A stretch of 64,000 bases of DNA from an uncultured bacterium (GCA_963705505.1 CAVPJU010000006.1:128001-192000); one strand, 5' to 3'. Numbered from the stretch's first letter, positions 43,257 through 53,995 are shown. The notes: generated by a model not told the origin, from the letters alone. A program made the numbers and translations.

Positions 43257-43817
43257 GTGAGCGGTTTGAATAAATCGCGAGTAGTAGAACGATTCGAAGA
43301 GCAGATGCTGAACCACATGGATTCGGCCTATAATCTTGCGAGGTGGATCACGGGTCACGACCAGGACGCAGAGGACGTAGTGCAGGAGGCTTATATAAGG
43401 GCATTCAGATCGTTCGATAAGTACACGGAGATAAACAGCCTCAGCTGGCTCCTGACAATCGTACGCAACACATCTTATAGCTGGTTAAAGAGCAAGCATG
43501 TACGCAAGCAGCAGGTAGAGTTCGACGAGGCCTTGCATAGTTCGAAACTCGAACCCGGTTATACGGCGGAACGGCACATCGAGACAAGGCAGGAAAAGTT
43601 CTTCAACGCCATGGGTTGCAAAGAGCTGCTCAACAACGCGCTCAAAAACATGCCGCTTATCTTCCGGGAAGTCATTGTGCTGCACGAGATAGAAGGGCTT
43701 TCCTATAAGGAAATCGCCGATATCGTCGGTATACCGATGGGGACGGTCATGTCGAGGTTGTCCCGGGGCAGAAGAAGGTTACAAATGGTTCTTTCAAAAC
43801 GCCTGAAAAGAGGGTAA
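43257..43817 (+). CDS. ECF sigma factor
   Basis: DAEDVVQE, WLLTIVRN, LSYKEIA, GTVMSRLSRGR. Confidence 0.94.
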   Translation: MSGLNKSRVVERFEEQMLNHMDSAYNLARWITGHDQDAEDVVQEAYIRAFRSFDKYTEINSLSWLLTIVRNTSYSWLKSKHVRKQQVEFDEALHSSKLEPGYTAERHIETRQEKFFNAMGCKELLNNALKNMPLIFREVIVLHEIEGLSYKEIADIVGIPMGTVMSRLSRGRRRLQMVLSKRLKRG

Positions 43818-43851
43818 CAGACGGGCGGTTCGGTAGGGATTTTTTATACTG

Positions 43852-44427
43852 TCATCCGAAAGTTACACTCTTAACGGATTCGGTAAGCTCATTAATGTAA
43901 ATATCGGATGTATCTTTCCACTCCTGAGCCAAATAAGGCGTATCAAAAGTTCCCGTAATAAGATTTAAATACGACTCGAGTACCCGAACCATACCGAGTG
44001 AAATCTGCTGGAACGCCTGATTTTTATCATTCCTTGCCCCCGTCCAGCCCCCGTAGAGGTTAATAGCGGTCTGAGCGGATATACGGTTATGATCCACGTG
44101 CAGCAGCTTTAGATGCGAAAAGCTCCCCGAGGCATCATTGAGCGCACCCGTCATAAACCCCTCTTCAAGACCGTCGTTAAGAGATTTCTCTGAAAACTCG
44201 GCTGCCTTGTTCACGGTGTCGGTTAATATTTGAAGAGCCTGAACCGGCTGTTTATCCTTTATTTCCTTTAATTCGTCTACCAGCAGAGCCAGCTCGGAAA
44301 GTAAAAGTAATAGTCCGGTTTCAAGTTCGATCTCGTTCCGAGACCCCCTTTCGGCAGCCGGCCCGCCCGACTTGACGTAGTCCTTATTCTCTCCATCCTG
44401 ATCGACGACGAAAAATTTACGTATCAT
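43852..44427 (-). CDS. hypothetical helical protein
   Basis: 191-aa ORF, co-directional and 54 nt after the receiver-domain gene. Confidence 0.7.
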   Translation of the reverse strand: MIRKFFVVDQDGENKDYVKSGGPAAERGSRNEIELETGLLLLLSELALLVDELKEIKDKQPVQALQILTDTVNKAAEFSEKSLNDGLEEGFMTGALNDASGSFSHLKLLHVDHNRISAQTAINLYGGWTGARNDKNQAFQQISLGMVRVLESYLNLITGTFDTPYLAQEWKDTSDIYINELTESVKSVTFG

Positions 44428-44481
44428 GTTTGCGTGTCCCGATACATCTCCCTATTTATATACCGTATGTCCCGTGTCCCA

Positions 44482-46323
44482 TTACCCGGCATACTTCTCC
44501 ACAGCTTCAACAAGAGAATCGGCCCCGAAAGGTTTGGTTATATAGTCGCTCGCCCCCGACATCTTCACTTTCATCTTATCGAGAACCCCGAGCTTTCCTG
44601 ACAGCATCACCACAGGTATATCCTTTGTCAGCCCATGACTTTTAACAACTTTACAGAGCTGGTAACCGTCCATGTGGGGCAATTTAATGTCAACGAATAT
44701 CAAATCGGGAATCGCTTCATTAATCTTTGCAAGAGCCTGCATCCCGTCGCCTGCCGCAGATACCCTGTACCCGGCCCTTTCAAGTGTTATCCTCATAATT
44801 TTTTGGACCGTGGGACTTACATCCACTATCAGAATCGAGCGCCTGGCATCGTCTCCTTTTGTCTCAGGCTCGACTGACTTAGCGGAATTCATAATCGGAG
44901 CGATTTCGGAAGGTTCCTCTCCCGAAACTGTATGCCCGCCGCCGAGACCCTCTTCAGTCCCGCGGGATTCGGTACTGTTACTCGAATTGTGTTCCCGGGC
45001 GGAGGAGTAATTGACCGCATTCCCTGCATTATCCTCATTATCAGAATTAATTTCCCGGTCTTCAACAAACTCTACTGCAGGAGAGCGGTCATTCTCATCG
45101 GCTTCAGGTTCATGTGAGCCGCCCCCTTGCCCTTCAACACCGTCCTCTTCGGATCCATCGAGTCCATCTTCCGATCCCGCATGAACAGCCTCTTCTGCAG
45201 CGCTCGTTTCCGGGGAAAATTCTTTATGGCTAATTACTCCATTCTCCGGCGGTGGGGTAAAACCGATTCCTCCCCCGCCGTCTGCTCCGGTATCCGATTC
45301 CTCGGTAAAATCAGGACTCTCGGATTCAATATCATTTTTTATTTGAGAAAAAAAGTTCTCAGCCTGTGAAGAACTATTTTCGGCGCGATCATTACCCGAA
45401 TCATCGTCGCGTTTAATTTCTTTTCCTGAAATTCCGCCATTTTCATCCTGTGAATACGACTCCTCGGCGCCAGCCCTCATCCCAAGCACTTCATCATGGG
45501 CTGAGCCTGCCCGAGACCCGTCTCCCGACATAGAGAACCCCGCACCGGAATCCGGAGCCGGGGAGCCGGAACCTCCAGCCGATGCATCCGTAAAATCGAA
45601 AACAAATTTATCATCCGGCTTATTCACACCTTCTCTATTTTCTTTTATGACCTCCGACTTTACAGACTCTACGTTAAAATCAACTGAGCCCGAATCGAGC
45701 CCCGCGTTTAAAAGCTCCTCTTCAGAGCCCGTGAAATTATTCACGGACGACTGATCTCTCTTATACTGATCGATCTCTTTTATAATGTCGTCTATCGGGC
45801 TGCTTTTTCTATCTGAAAATAAGTAAGCCTCATTTGTCCTGTCCGTATTCCCGGACTCACCGGATACTTCGTCATCCGGAAGCGCCCCGGCGGATTCCCT
45901 TTCGCCGTAATATTTGGATAGCTTATTCTTTATCGACCTTTCCGAAGAAACCACGGGTTTAATGTTTTTACCCGTAATAAACCCCAGGTCGTCGAGCAGT
46001 AAAATATTAGAGGGGTCGGACAGGGCAATCGTTAAATCCGTGCCTTCAACCCTGATGGGTACCAAAAATTTTTCAAGCGCAATGTCTTTCGGAATCAGAT
46101 TTACAACGCTTTCCTCTATATCGCAGTCATCTATATCCATGACCGGAACGCCGTACTCATTGCCCAGAAATTCGATTAATTGCGGTTCGGTGATGTATCC
46201 CAGATTAACCAAAGCCTCTCCCAGCTCGTATCCGGAATCCCTCTGGAGCTCCATAGCCTCCCTGATCTGCTCCAGGTTGACTAAAGCTCCCCTAACCAGC
46301 AATTTTGCCAGATGCATTCTCAT
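44482..46323 (-). CDS. PilB/GspE N-terminal (MshEN-like) domain + long acidic linker + PilG-like receiver
   Basis: HLAKLLV..ELGEALVNLGYI and IALSDPSN..DDL at the N-terminus; DLIFVDIKLPHMDGYQLC and DYITKPF at the C-terminus. Start moved to ATG 46323/46317 because of the sigma54 site. Confidence 0.85.
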   Translation of the reverse strand: MRMHLAKLLVRGALVNLEQIREAMELQRDSGYELGEALVNLGYITEPQLIEFLGNEYGVPVMDIDDCDIEESVVNLIPKDIALEKFLVPIRVEGTDLTIALSDPSNILLLDDLGFITGKNIKPVVSSERSIKNKLSKYYGERESAGALPDDEVSGESGNTDRTNEAYLFSDRKSSPIDDIIKEIDQYKRDQSSVNNFTGSEEELLNAGLDSGSVDFNVESVKSEVIKENREGVNKPDDKFVFDFTDASAGGSGSPAPDSGAGFSMSGDGSRAGSAHDEVLGMRAGAEESYSQDENGGISGKEIKRDDDSGNDRAENSSSQAENFFSQIKNDIESESPDFTEESDTGADGGGGIGFTPPPENGVISHKEFSPETSAAEEAVHAGSEDGLDGSEEDGVEGQGGGSHEPEADENDRSPAVEFVEDREINSDNEDNAGNAVNYSSAREHNSSNSTESRGTEEGLGGGHTVSGEEPSEIAPIMNSAKSVEPETKGDDARRSILIVDVSPTVQKIMRITLERAGYRVSAAGDGMQALAKINEAIPDLIFVDIKLPHMDGYQLCKVVKSHGLTKDIPVVMLSGKLGVLDKMKVKMSGASDYITKPFGADSLVEAVEKYAG

Positions 46324-46335
46324 AATATTGAAGAG

Positions 46336-46351
46336 AGCAATTATCATGCCA
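46336..46351 (-). promoter_or_regulatory. sigma54 -24/-12 promoter TGGCATGATAATTGCT
   Basis: Matches TGGCACG-N4-TTGCW with one mismatch and exact spacing. Confidence 0.75.
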
Positions 46352-46801
46352 TATGCAAAAGAATGCATAGCTCCGGTGTAAGTGCCAGAAATTACTTTAT
46401 TAAATACTTCGAAACGACCTGTTATTTTCCTGAAAACTGACAAAAAACGTCAATGACATGAAATCAATGCACAGTAGAGCCGTAAAGTTCATGGCCGGAA
46501 CATAATGAAATAACCGGATGAGGCTATCTAAATTCAAGGCTGGAGAAACGAGAATGAAGGCGTAATCCCTCTCGCACACTTATAAGCCCGGCTTATTGTC
46601 CGATCAAGAGTTAGGTCCGGAATCGTGCCGATGAATAAATTCACGGCTGAGGATGATGAAGACTCATATTGTCCCGACTCGCAGTTGACGTAGGGACGTT
46701 TCCGGAATCAGACCTTATACGGTTTCTTCATCTTTGTTCATGTGCTGAGTAACGATACGGTTTCAAACATACTCGGGGAATGTTTAATTTTTGGAATGCT
46801 T

Positions 46802-46818
46802 TGCTTAAGTTTTAGGCA
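46802..46818. promoter_or_regulatory. NtrC-type enhancer TGCTTAAGTTTTAGGCA
   Basis: TGC-N11-GCA with an AT-rich core, about 60 nt upstream of the glnB sigma54 site. Confidence 0.6.
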
Positions 46819-46878
46819 CTTACACGGGATACTCTATTATAAACCCCTATTATTATTGATTGAAAAGCTTTTCGATAA

Positions 46879-47262
<384 letters not shown>

Positions 47263-47301
47263 TCAAGTGAATTTTAAAACCACAGGAGGAGCAGTACGAA
47301 T

Positions 47302-48768
47302 ATGCCTACAGCAAGAAAGACCAAAAGCAAAGGAGGACCCGAGGAAATGTTTCCCAAAAAGCCCTCGGATGTATTAAAAATAATTAAGGATAACAGCGTA
47401 GAAATGATAGATCTGCGCTTTCTGGACTTTGTGGGAATGTGGCAGCATTTCAGCGTCCCCGCACATGTATTCGAACCCGGGACTTTCGAAGAAGGTCTCG
47501 GATTCGACGGATCGAGCATCAGAGGATGGCAGTCTATCCACGCAAGCGACATGCTCGTTATTCCCGACCCTGAAACAGCCAGAATAGACCCTTTTATGGC
47601 TCACCCGACTATGGCCATTATTTGCGATATCGTAGACCCGATAACCCGCGAGCCTTATTCCCGCGACCCCCGCAACATAGCCAAGAAGGCTGCGGCCTAT
47701 CTGAGGAGCACGGGCATAGGAGATACAGCGTTTTTCGGACCTGAGCTCGAATTCTTTATTTTCGACGACGTGAGGTACGACCAGACTTCGAACTCGGGAT
47801 ATTACTTTGTGGATTCAATCGAGGGAATATGGAATTCGGGAAGGGATGAAAACCCCAACCTGGGTTACAAGCCGAGGCATAAGGAAGGTTATTTCCCCAC
47901 GCCTCCCTCGGACACGTTTCAGGATATGCGTTCCGAAATGGTCAAAGAGCTCGAGAATCTCGGCATCGAGATCGAAGCCCACCATCACGAAGTCGCGACC
48001 GCCGGTCAATGTGAAATCGATATGAGGTTCTCCCCGATCGTACAGATGGGGGATCAGATGATGTGGTATAAATACGTGCTAAGAAACGTCGCTAAAAGAC
48101 ACGGAAAGACCGTTACATTCATGCCAAAGCCCTTGTTCGAGGATAACGGCTCGGGTATGCACGTTCACCAGTCGATATGGAAAAAGGATAAACCGCTTTT
48201 TGCAGGTAACGGCTATGCCGGTATGAGCGACCTTGCCATGAACTATATAGGCGGAATCTTAAAACACGCAAGGGCGATATGCGCATTGACCAACCCTACG
48301 ACCAACTCCTACAGGCGTCTCGTACCGGGTTTTGAAGCCCCGGTGAACCTTGCTTATTCCGCAAGGAACAGGAGCGCGGCAATAAGGATCCCAATGTACT
48401 CCCCTAGCCCCAAGGCTAAAAGGCTCGAGTGCAGATTCCCAGATCCTTCATGCAACGGCTATCTCGCATTCTCCGCAATGCTGATGGCGGGTCTTGACGG
48501 CATCGAGAAGAAGCTTAGCCCTGGCGAACCTCTGGATAAAGATATTTATGCATTGGGTCCCGAGGAATTAGCCGGTATCCCGAATGTTCCGGGATCGCTC
48601 GAGGACGCTCTCAAGGCACTCGAGAACGACCACGAATTCCTAATGAAGGGCGATGTCTTTACCGAAGACGTTATAGAAACCTGGATCGAATACAAGACGG
48701 ATAAGGAAGTAAACCCCGTGAAGCTGAGACCCGTGCCTTACGAGTTCAAGCTTTATTTCGATGTGTAA
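47302..48768 (+). CDS. glnA: glutamine synthetase type I
   Basis: FDGSS, HHEVA, TFMPKP, NGSGMH, NSYRRL, RNRS. Alternative start at 47347. Confidence 0.98.
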   Translation: MPTARKTKSKGGPEEMFPKKPSDVLKIIKDNSVEMIDLRFLDFVGMWQHFSVPAHVFEPGTFEEGLGFDGSSIRGWQSIHASDMLVIPDPETARIDPFMAHPTMAIICDIVDPITREPYSRDPRNIAKKAAAYLRSTGIGDTAFFGPELEFFIFDDVRYDQTSNSGYYFVDSIEGIWNSGRDENPNLGYKPRHKEGYFPTPPSDTFQDMRSEMVKELENLGIEIEAHHHEVATAGQCEIDMRFSPIVQMGDQMMWYKYVLRNVAKRHGKTVTFMPKPLFEDNGSGMHVHQSIWKKDKPLFAGNGYAGMSDLAMNYIGGILKHARAICALTNPTTNSYRRLVPGFEAPVNLAYSARNRSAAIRIPMYSPSPKAKRLECRFPDPSCNGYLAFSAMLMAGLDGIEKKLSPGEPLDKDIYALGPEELAGIPNVPGSLEDALKALENDHEFLMKGDVFTEDVIETWIEYKTDKEVNPVKLRPVPYEFKLYFDV

Positions 48769-48799
48769 ATAAGACGCCTGAAGGCGTACCGAAGATTAC

Positions 48800-48838
48800 A
48801 AAAGGCGGCGGCCACGAAAAGGCTGCCGCCTTTTTTTT
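48800..48838 (+). terminator. intrinsic terminator after glnA (possibly bidirectional)
   Basis: AAAAGGCGGCGGCC-acgaaaa-GGCTGCCGCC-T8. Confidence 0.9.
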
Positions 48839-49014
48839 ATCCCTCAACAATAGAACATTCATTAAAAACCGGCTGAGACTGCGGAGTAAAAAAAGTTCGC
48901 TGCGCCGAGGGAGTTTGAATCGAGGCTGGCAGATCGGGCATGTCGGTTTTAAACGAAGAGGCGATAGGAATAAATTGAAACTGCCGAATCGGATGAAGGG
49001 AAACTAAGCCCGTC

Positions 49015-50991
49015 CTAAAAGCTCTGCCACAATATTATGAAAGCCAGTATTGCAAGCGCCCCTATTGCCATTAGCGTGGCGTAGCTGCGCAGCACCCCGC
49101 TCTGTGCGGCCTGAAGTGTCAACGCCATCTCTTTTAAAATATCGGCAACGCCGTTTACTGCTCCGTCAATAAATCTCAAATCGAATTTCGAAGCCTGCTC
49201 CGAAAGGTATTTAAACGGCTGAACAAAGATATAATCGTAGAGCTCATCCACATACCATTTGTTCAGGGACCCCTCATATAAGGGCTCGATATTCTCATTT
49301 GAGGCAATCTTATCGGGAAGAGAAGGTTTTATGTAGTACAAATAGAAGGCGGCAATGATACCCGCGGCGGCGGCAGTGATAGAAAATACGATCAGCGTAG
49401 TATGGCCGAATAGATGATGACCTGCGGAAATTACACTATCCATCGTGATCGAGGAAGAAACGAACTTATCGAACAAATTGGATTCATGGATGCCTACAAG
49501 CTCGCCCATGAATTCTGGGACCCCCATGTACCCCCCTATGACGGAAAGAACCGCGAGAATCATGAGAGGAATCGTCATAGTCCAAGGGGATTCATGTATA
49601 TGATCCCTTATCTTATCCGCAACCCTCGACTTACCCTCGAACGTCAGTAGATAGAGCCTGCCCATATACAGAGCGGTCAATATGACCGTAACGATGCCGA
49701 TCAGCCAATGGATAAAGTACCCGCGCTCATAGACAGCGCCCAGTATCGCATCCTTGCTGAAAAAACCCGAAAAGAACGGTATGCCGGCTATGGCCAGAGT
49801 GCCTATAAAAAACGTTATGGCCGTGGTCGGGATAAATTTTCTGAGCCCGCCCATGTGCCTGATATCCTGCTCGCCTGAAAGTGCGTGTATAACGCTTCCC
49901 GAACCTAAAAACAGGAGCGCTTTAAAGAATGCATGTGTTACGAGGTGGAACAAGCCCGCTGTATATGCCCCTACGCCGATCCCCATGAACATATACCCGA
50001 GCTGGCTTATGGTTGAATAAGCGAGCACCTTTTTTATGTCGTTTTGAGTAATGGCGATCGTGGCGGCCAGGAAGGATGTCAAAGCCGCGACGGTAACCAC
50101 GACCATCTGGGCTGTCGGCGATTGTGAGTATATTACGTTACACCTCGCGATCATATATGCGCCGGCAGTGACCATTGTAGCCGCATGTATGAGCGCGCTC
50201 ACCGGGGTGGGTCCCGCCATTGCGTCCGGGAGCCATACATATAGCGGTATCTGAGCGGATTTGCCGACCGCTCCGACGAAGAGGAGTAATGCAATCACAG
50301 TGATTACGGCCGCGGGGACAGCACTCATGAATGCGGGGTCCGAAGCCTTTCCGAACACCTCCTGATAATTCACGGAGCCGAATACAAAGAATATGAGGAA
50401 GATTCCGAGAATAAAACCGAAATCGCCTATCCTGTTCACGATAAAAGCTTTTCTTCCGGCGTTCGCGTTCTCCGGGTTTTCGTACCAGAAGCCGATAAGG
50501 AGGTATGATGCGAGCCCGACCCCTTCCCAGCCGACAAACATGAGCGGGAAACTGTTCCCGAGAACCAGCGTCAGCATGAAGAAAATAAAGATATTCAAGT
50601 AAGTGAAATACTTCGAATAAGCCTTGTCGTCGTGCATGTATCCGACCGAATACACATGTATCAGGAAGCCGACCCAGGTGACGATGAGCGCCATTACGCA
50701 GGAGAGCGTATCGAAAAGGAGCTCGAAGCTGACCGTAAAGCTGCCGGAAGGAATCCATTCAAAGAGGTTTTGTATTATCTCTCTCCGGGACGGCTCGACG
50801 GATAGAAGCCTGAAGAAGAGCACCGACGAAATGAGCGCGGATATCAACACTACGCCGCAGCCTACAATACTGACCACGGTTTTTTCCGTATGCTCGTCGC
50901 CGCGGAGATACTTCTTCCAGAATCCCGAGGCAAAAAAAAGCCCGTTCACGACCGCACCGATGAGTGGAACCAGAATAATCCAGACTGTCAT
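49015..50991 (-). CDS. nuoL: NADH-quinone oxidoreductase subunit L
   Basis: GWEGVG, NRIGD, GKSAQIPL, WLPDAMAGPTPVSALIHAATMV, HAFFKALLF. Confidence 0.96.
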   Translation of the reverse strand: MTVWIILVPLIGAVVNGLFFASGFWKKYLRGDEHTEKTVVSIVGCGVVLISALISSVLFFRLLSVEPSRREIIQNLFEWIPSGSFTVSFELLFDTLSCVMALIVTWVGFLIHVYSVGYMHDDKAYSKYFTYLNIFIFFMLTLVLGNSFPLMFVGWEGVGLASYLLIGFWYENPENANAGRKAFIVNRIGDFGFILGIFLIFFVFGSVNYQEVFGKASDPAFMSAVPAAVITVIALLLFVGAVGKSAQIPLYVWLPDAMAGPTPVSALIHAATMVTAGAYMIARCNVIYSQSPTAQMVVVTVAALTSFLAATIAITQNDIKKVLAYSTISQLGYMFMGIGVGAYTAGLFHLVTHAFFKALLFLGSGSVIHALSGEQDIRHMGGLRKFIPTTAITFFIGTLAIAGIPFFSGFFSKDAILGAVYERGYFIHWLIGIVTVILTALYMGRLYLLTFEGKSRVADKIRDHIHESPWTMTIPLMILAVLSVIGGYMGVPEFMGELVGIHESNLFDKFVSSSITMDSVISAGHHLFGHTTLIVFSITAAAAGIIAAFYLYYIKPSLPDKIASNENIEPLYEGSLNKWYVDELYDYIFVQPFKYLSEQASKFDLRFIDGAVNGVADILKEMALTLQAAQSGVLRSYATLMAIGALAILAFIILWQSF

Positions 50992-50997
50992 ATTTAT

Positions 50998-51303
50998 CTA
51001 ACCTTTGAGAATTTTTAATATATCTATGTCCAGGGTCTCCCGGTGCGCGTAAACCGCCACGACGAGAGCGAGCCCCACCGCTACTTCGGCTGCGGCGACG
51101 GTGATGGACATAATCATGAAGACCTGACCGGTCATGTCGTTATAGGCCCTCGAGAAAGCGACGAAAGCGAGGTTGGCGGAATTCAGCATCAGCTCGAGAG
51201 ACATCAGAACCACAATCAGGTTCCTCCTGGCGATTACTCCGTAGGCCCCTATTACGAACAATATAGCGCTCAGAACAAAATAATGCCCGATAGAAATACC
51301 CAA
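50998..51303 (-). CDS. nuoK: NADH-quinone oxidoreductase subunit K
   Basis: RRN, ELMLN, AAAEVAVGLA. Confidence 0.96.
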   Translation of the reverse strand: MGISIGHYFVLSAILFVIGAYGVIARRNLIVVLMSLELMLNSANLAFVAFSRAYNDMTGQVFMIMSITVAAAEVAVGLALVVAVYAHRETLDIDILKILKG

Positions 51304-51304
51304 C

Positions 51305-51814
51305 TCAGCTTTCCCTCCTTTTCGCTATTGCGACAACGCCGACTATTGCAGCCACGATCAGAACCGACGTAAGCTCGAAGGGCAGAAGATAATCGCTGAA
51401 AAGCAGTTTCCCGACACCCTCAACCGTACCGAACCCTTCCGTGAGGGAAGGGGAGGTATAACCCTGAGAAAAGGCCTTGTTAAAAGCCACGCTCGCGAAA
51501 TAACCCGTAAACAGCAAAACGACGAGCAAGACGCTCGTTTTAAAAGCCATGTTCCGCGCGTCGAACCTGAGCGCGTCCGGCCTGAGGTTCAGAAACATTA
51601 CCGTAAACAGGAATAAAACCATTATCGCCCCGGCATAAACAAGTATCTGGATGGCCGCAACGAAATGGGCCAGGAGAAGGACAAAAAGTACAGCCGTCGA
51701 GAAGAGGGTCAGAACGAGCGACAGAGCGCTCGAGACAGGATTCCTGTGCGTGATGACGAGCAGCGCGCCTGCGACTGAGAGGGCGGCAAAGAGATAAAAT
51801 ACTACCGTTTCCAA
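51305..51814 (-). CDS. nuoJ: NADH-quinone oxidoreductase subunit J
   Basis: QILVYAGAIMVLFLF, LPFELTS. TTG 51814 follows GGAGG. Confidence 0.95.
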   Translation of the reverse strand: METVVFYLFAALSVAGALLVITHRNPVSSALSLVLTLFSTAVLFVLLLAHFVAAIQILVYAGAIMVLFLFTVMFLNLRPDALRFDARNMAFKTSVLLVVLLFTGYFASVAFNKAFSQGYTSPSLTEGFGTVEGVGKLLFSDYLLPFELTSVLIVAAIVGVVAIAKRRES

Positions 51815-51868
51815 ACCGTACAAACCTCCCGGATTTATGGACAAGTAAGCTGGGTAAGAGGTTAATGA

Positions 51869-51896
51869 ATTATATGTGAGATAGCGGGATAGTCAA
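51869..51896 (-). promoter_or_regulatory. sigma70-like promoter for nuoJKL (TTGACT-16-TATAAT)
   Basis: Near-consensus hexamers in the nth-nuoJ gap. Confidence 0.6.
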
Positions 51897-51935
51897 ACAT
51901 TCGAGTATATAAACAAGGGGACAAATACTTATCCT

Positions 51936-52592
51936 TCAGCGGCTCTTTTGAACGCCCGCCTTATCGCAGTAACTTTCGACGGGACAGAGGGTGCATTTCG
52001 GTGAAACGGGACGGCAAATGTGCTGCCCGAATGCGACGAGCAGGCTGTTGTATTCGATCCAATACCTCTTCGGGAGCTTATTTCGGAGCGCCATTTCGGT
52101 ATCATGCGGGTTTCTGGTTTTAATATATCCCAGTCTGTTCGAGATTCTGTGAACGTGCGTATCGACGCAGATCCCGTGTTTGCCATACCCCAAAGTCAAT
52201 ACGAGGTTCGCGGTCTTTCTGCCCACGCCCTTAAGCTGAAGCAGGTTTTCCAGATCATCCGGCACACGCGAGCCGTATTTGTCTATCAGGTCACGGCAGA
52301 TTCCCCGGATGTTTTTTGCCTTGGTCCTGTAAAACCCCACGGGGTATATCGCCTGAATGATCTCCTCCTCGCCGAGATTAAGCATATCTTCGGGGTTATC
52401 CGCAATGCTGAATAACCTTCCCGATGCCGCAGCGGTGGTTTCGTCTTTTGTCCTGAGACTCAAAACAGTGGAAATGAGCACCCTGAAGGGGTCGTGCGAA
52501 CTCTCCGCCTCAAGCGTAACCGCAGGCACATCCCACCCCGGGGACTCCCTTCTCAAAACACGTATGATTTTACTTATATCATCGGCGTTCAT
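51936..52592 (-). CDS. nth: endonuclease III
   Basis: LKGVGRKTAN, VDTHVHR, CX6CX2CX5C 4Fe-4S motif. Confidence 0.95.
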   Translation of the reverse strand: MNADDISKIIRVLRRESPGWDVPAVTLEAESSHDPFRVLISTVLSLRTKDETTAAASGRLFSIADNPEDMLNLGEEEIIQAIYPVGFYRTKAKNIRGICRDLIDKYGSRVPDDLENLLQLKGVGRKTANLVLTLGYGKHGICVDTHVHRISNRLGYIKTRNPHDTEMALRNKLPKRYWIEYNSLLVAFGQHICRPVSPKCTLCPVESYCDKAGVQKSR

Positions 52593-52759
52593 TTCGAGGA
52601 TTATCAAATCGATAATATACACAATAAGGTAAGAATTCCACGTTTGAAGGGTATAACATAGGGCACAGGCCCATGGAACCCGCCTGCACCAGGATTAATC
52701 GGTGTTTCCTATCGGGATATAAGCAGACTCCTCCGGCGTGAAAAGGAATCTACATGGGA

Positions 52760-53995
52760 TCAGTTATAAACGTCCATTAAACTTCTAAGGACAGGGGCGG
52801 ACTTCGACCTCCTTATACGGTCGAGCGCCTTCTTCTCGATCTGCCTTATCCGCTCTCTCGTCAAACGGAACTTCCTGCCTATCTCGTCCAGTGTATAAGG
52901 GCAGTCGTAACCGATACCGAACCTCATCTTCACGACTTCCCTCTCCCTTATGGAAAGCATCAAAAGGGCGTCGTTTATATTGTCGGGTATGGAGATTTCA
53001 GCTATCACGCTGTCCACTTCGAGAGAGTTCGAATCTTCTATGAAATCCATGTAAGTCGCTTTTTCGCCGCTCCATACGGGTGTGTCGAGCCTCACCACCT
53101 TGTTTATACTGGACTCGAGAATCCTTTTCACGTTCTCGACACTCATCTGCGCTTTTTCCGCAATCTCCTCCGCATACGGCTCCCTCTCATAGTCACTTGT
53201 CAGCAGCCTCCTTACATGCCTGACCTTGCCTGCCTTTTCAAGCAGGTATGCGGGCATCTTTACCGTCCTCGTCTGATTGAATATGCCCCTCGTCATTGCC
53301 TGGTTTATCCACCAGCATGCATAAGTCGAAAACCTGTAACCCTTGGTATGATCAAACCTCTCGACGGCTTTGATCAATCCGAGGTTACCTTCCTGAATCA
53401 AATCGAGAAAGGGAACGCCCCTCCCTACATATCTCTTCGCCATGCTCGCTACGAGCCTCAGGTTGGCTTTAATAAACCTGTTCCTCAATTGAAAACCTTT
53501 CGTAACATACGCCTCATAGAGATTCATCAGCAATGTGAGATCCCTTACGGTCTTCAAATGCCTTATCCCATTTTTAGAAGAGGGTTTCTCGCTGCTTGTC
53601 TCCAGGAAATTCTTAACTTCGGAATGAATCCTATCCACGTCATCCCCTAATCTTTTCCCGAGAATCTTTTCGATCTTTCTCCTTATATCCCTTGCTCTCT
53701 CCTCACAACACTTAATCTTTGCCGCAACATGCGCCTCTTCGTGCGGTGCCAGAAGCGCCTCCGTGCTCACTTCCTTGAAATAGGCGTTAACAAGCCTCAG
53801 ATCCTGACTAATTTCCTGTTCGTCAGCGGATGCCTCCGTTAAATTTTGACCGGAGTCCGCAACCGGCTGTGGTTCTTCATCAAAGTAAACTTCAACTTCT
53901 TCCAATTCATCCTGGTCGAAGCTTTCCACTATCGATTCCGCTTGATTAGCTTCGAAATCACTGAATACGTCAATAAATTCAGGCTTCTTCAACAT
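52760..53995 (-). CDS. RpoD/RpoS-like sigma70 factor
   Basis: ANLRLV, DLIQEGNLGL, GYRFSTYA, TRERIRQIE; AGGAGG before ATG 53995. Confidence 0.93.
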   Translation of the reverse strand: MLKKPEFIDVFSDFEANQAESIVESFDQDELEEVEVYFDEEPQPVADSGQNLTEASADEQEISQDLRLVNAYFKEVSTEALLAPHEEAHVAAKIKCCEERARDIRRKIEKILGKRLGDDVDRIHSEVKNFLETSSEKPSSKNGIRHLKTVRDLTLLMNLYEAYVTKGFQLRNRFIKANLRLVASMAKRYVGRGVPFLDLIQEGNLGLIKAVERFDHTKGYRFSTYACWWINQAMTRGIFNQTRTVKMPAYLLEKAGKVRHVRRLLTSDYEREPYAEEIAEKAQMSVENVKRILESSINKVVRLDTPVWSGEKATYMDFIEDSNSLEVDSVIAEISIPDNINDALLMLSIREREVVKMRFGIGYDCPYTLDEIGRKFRLTRERIRQIEKKALDRIRRSKSAPVLRSLMDVYN

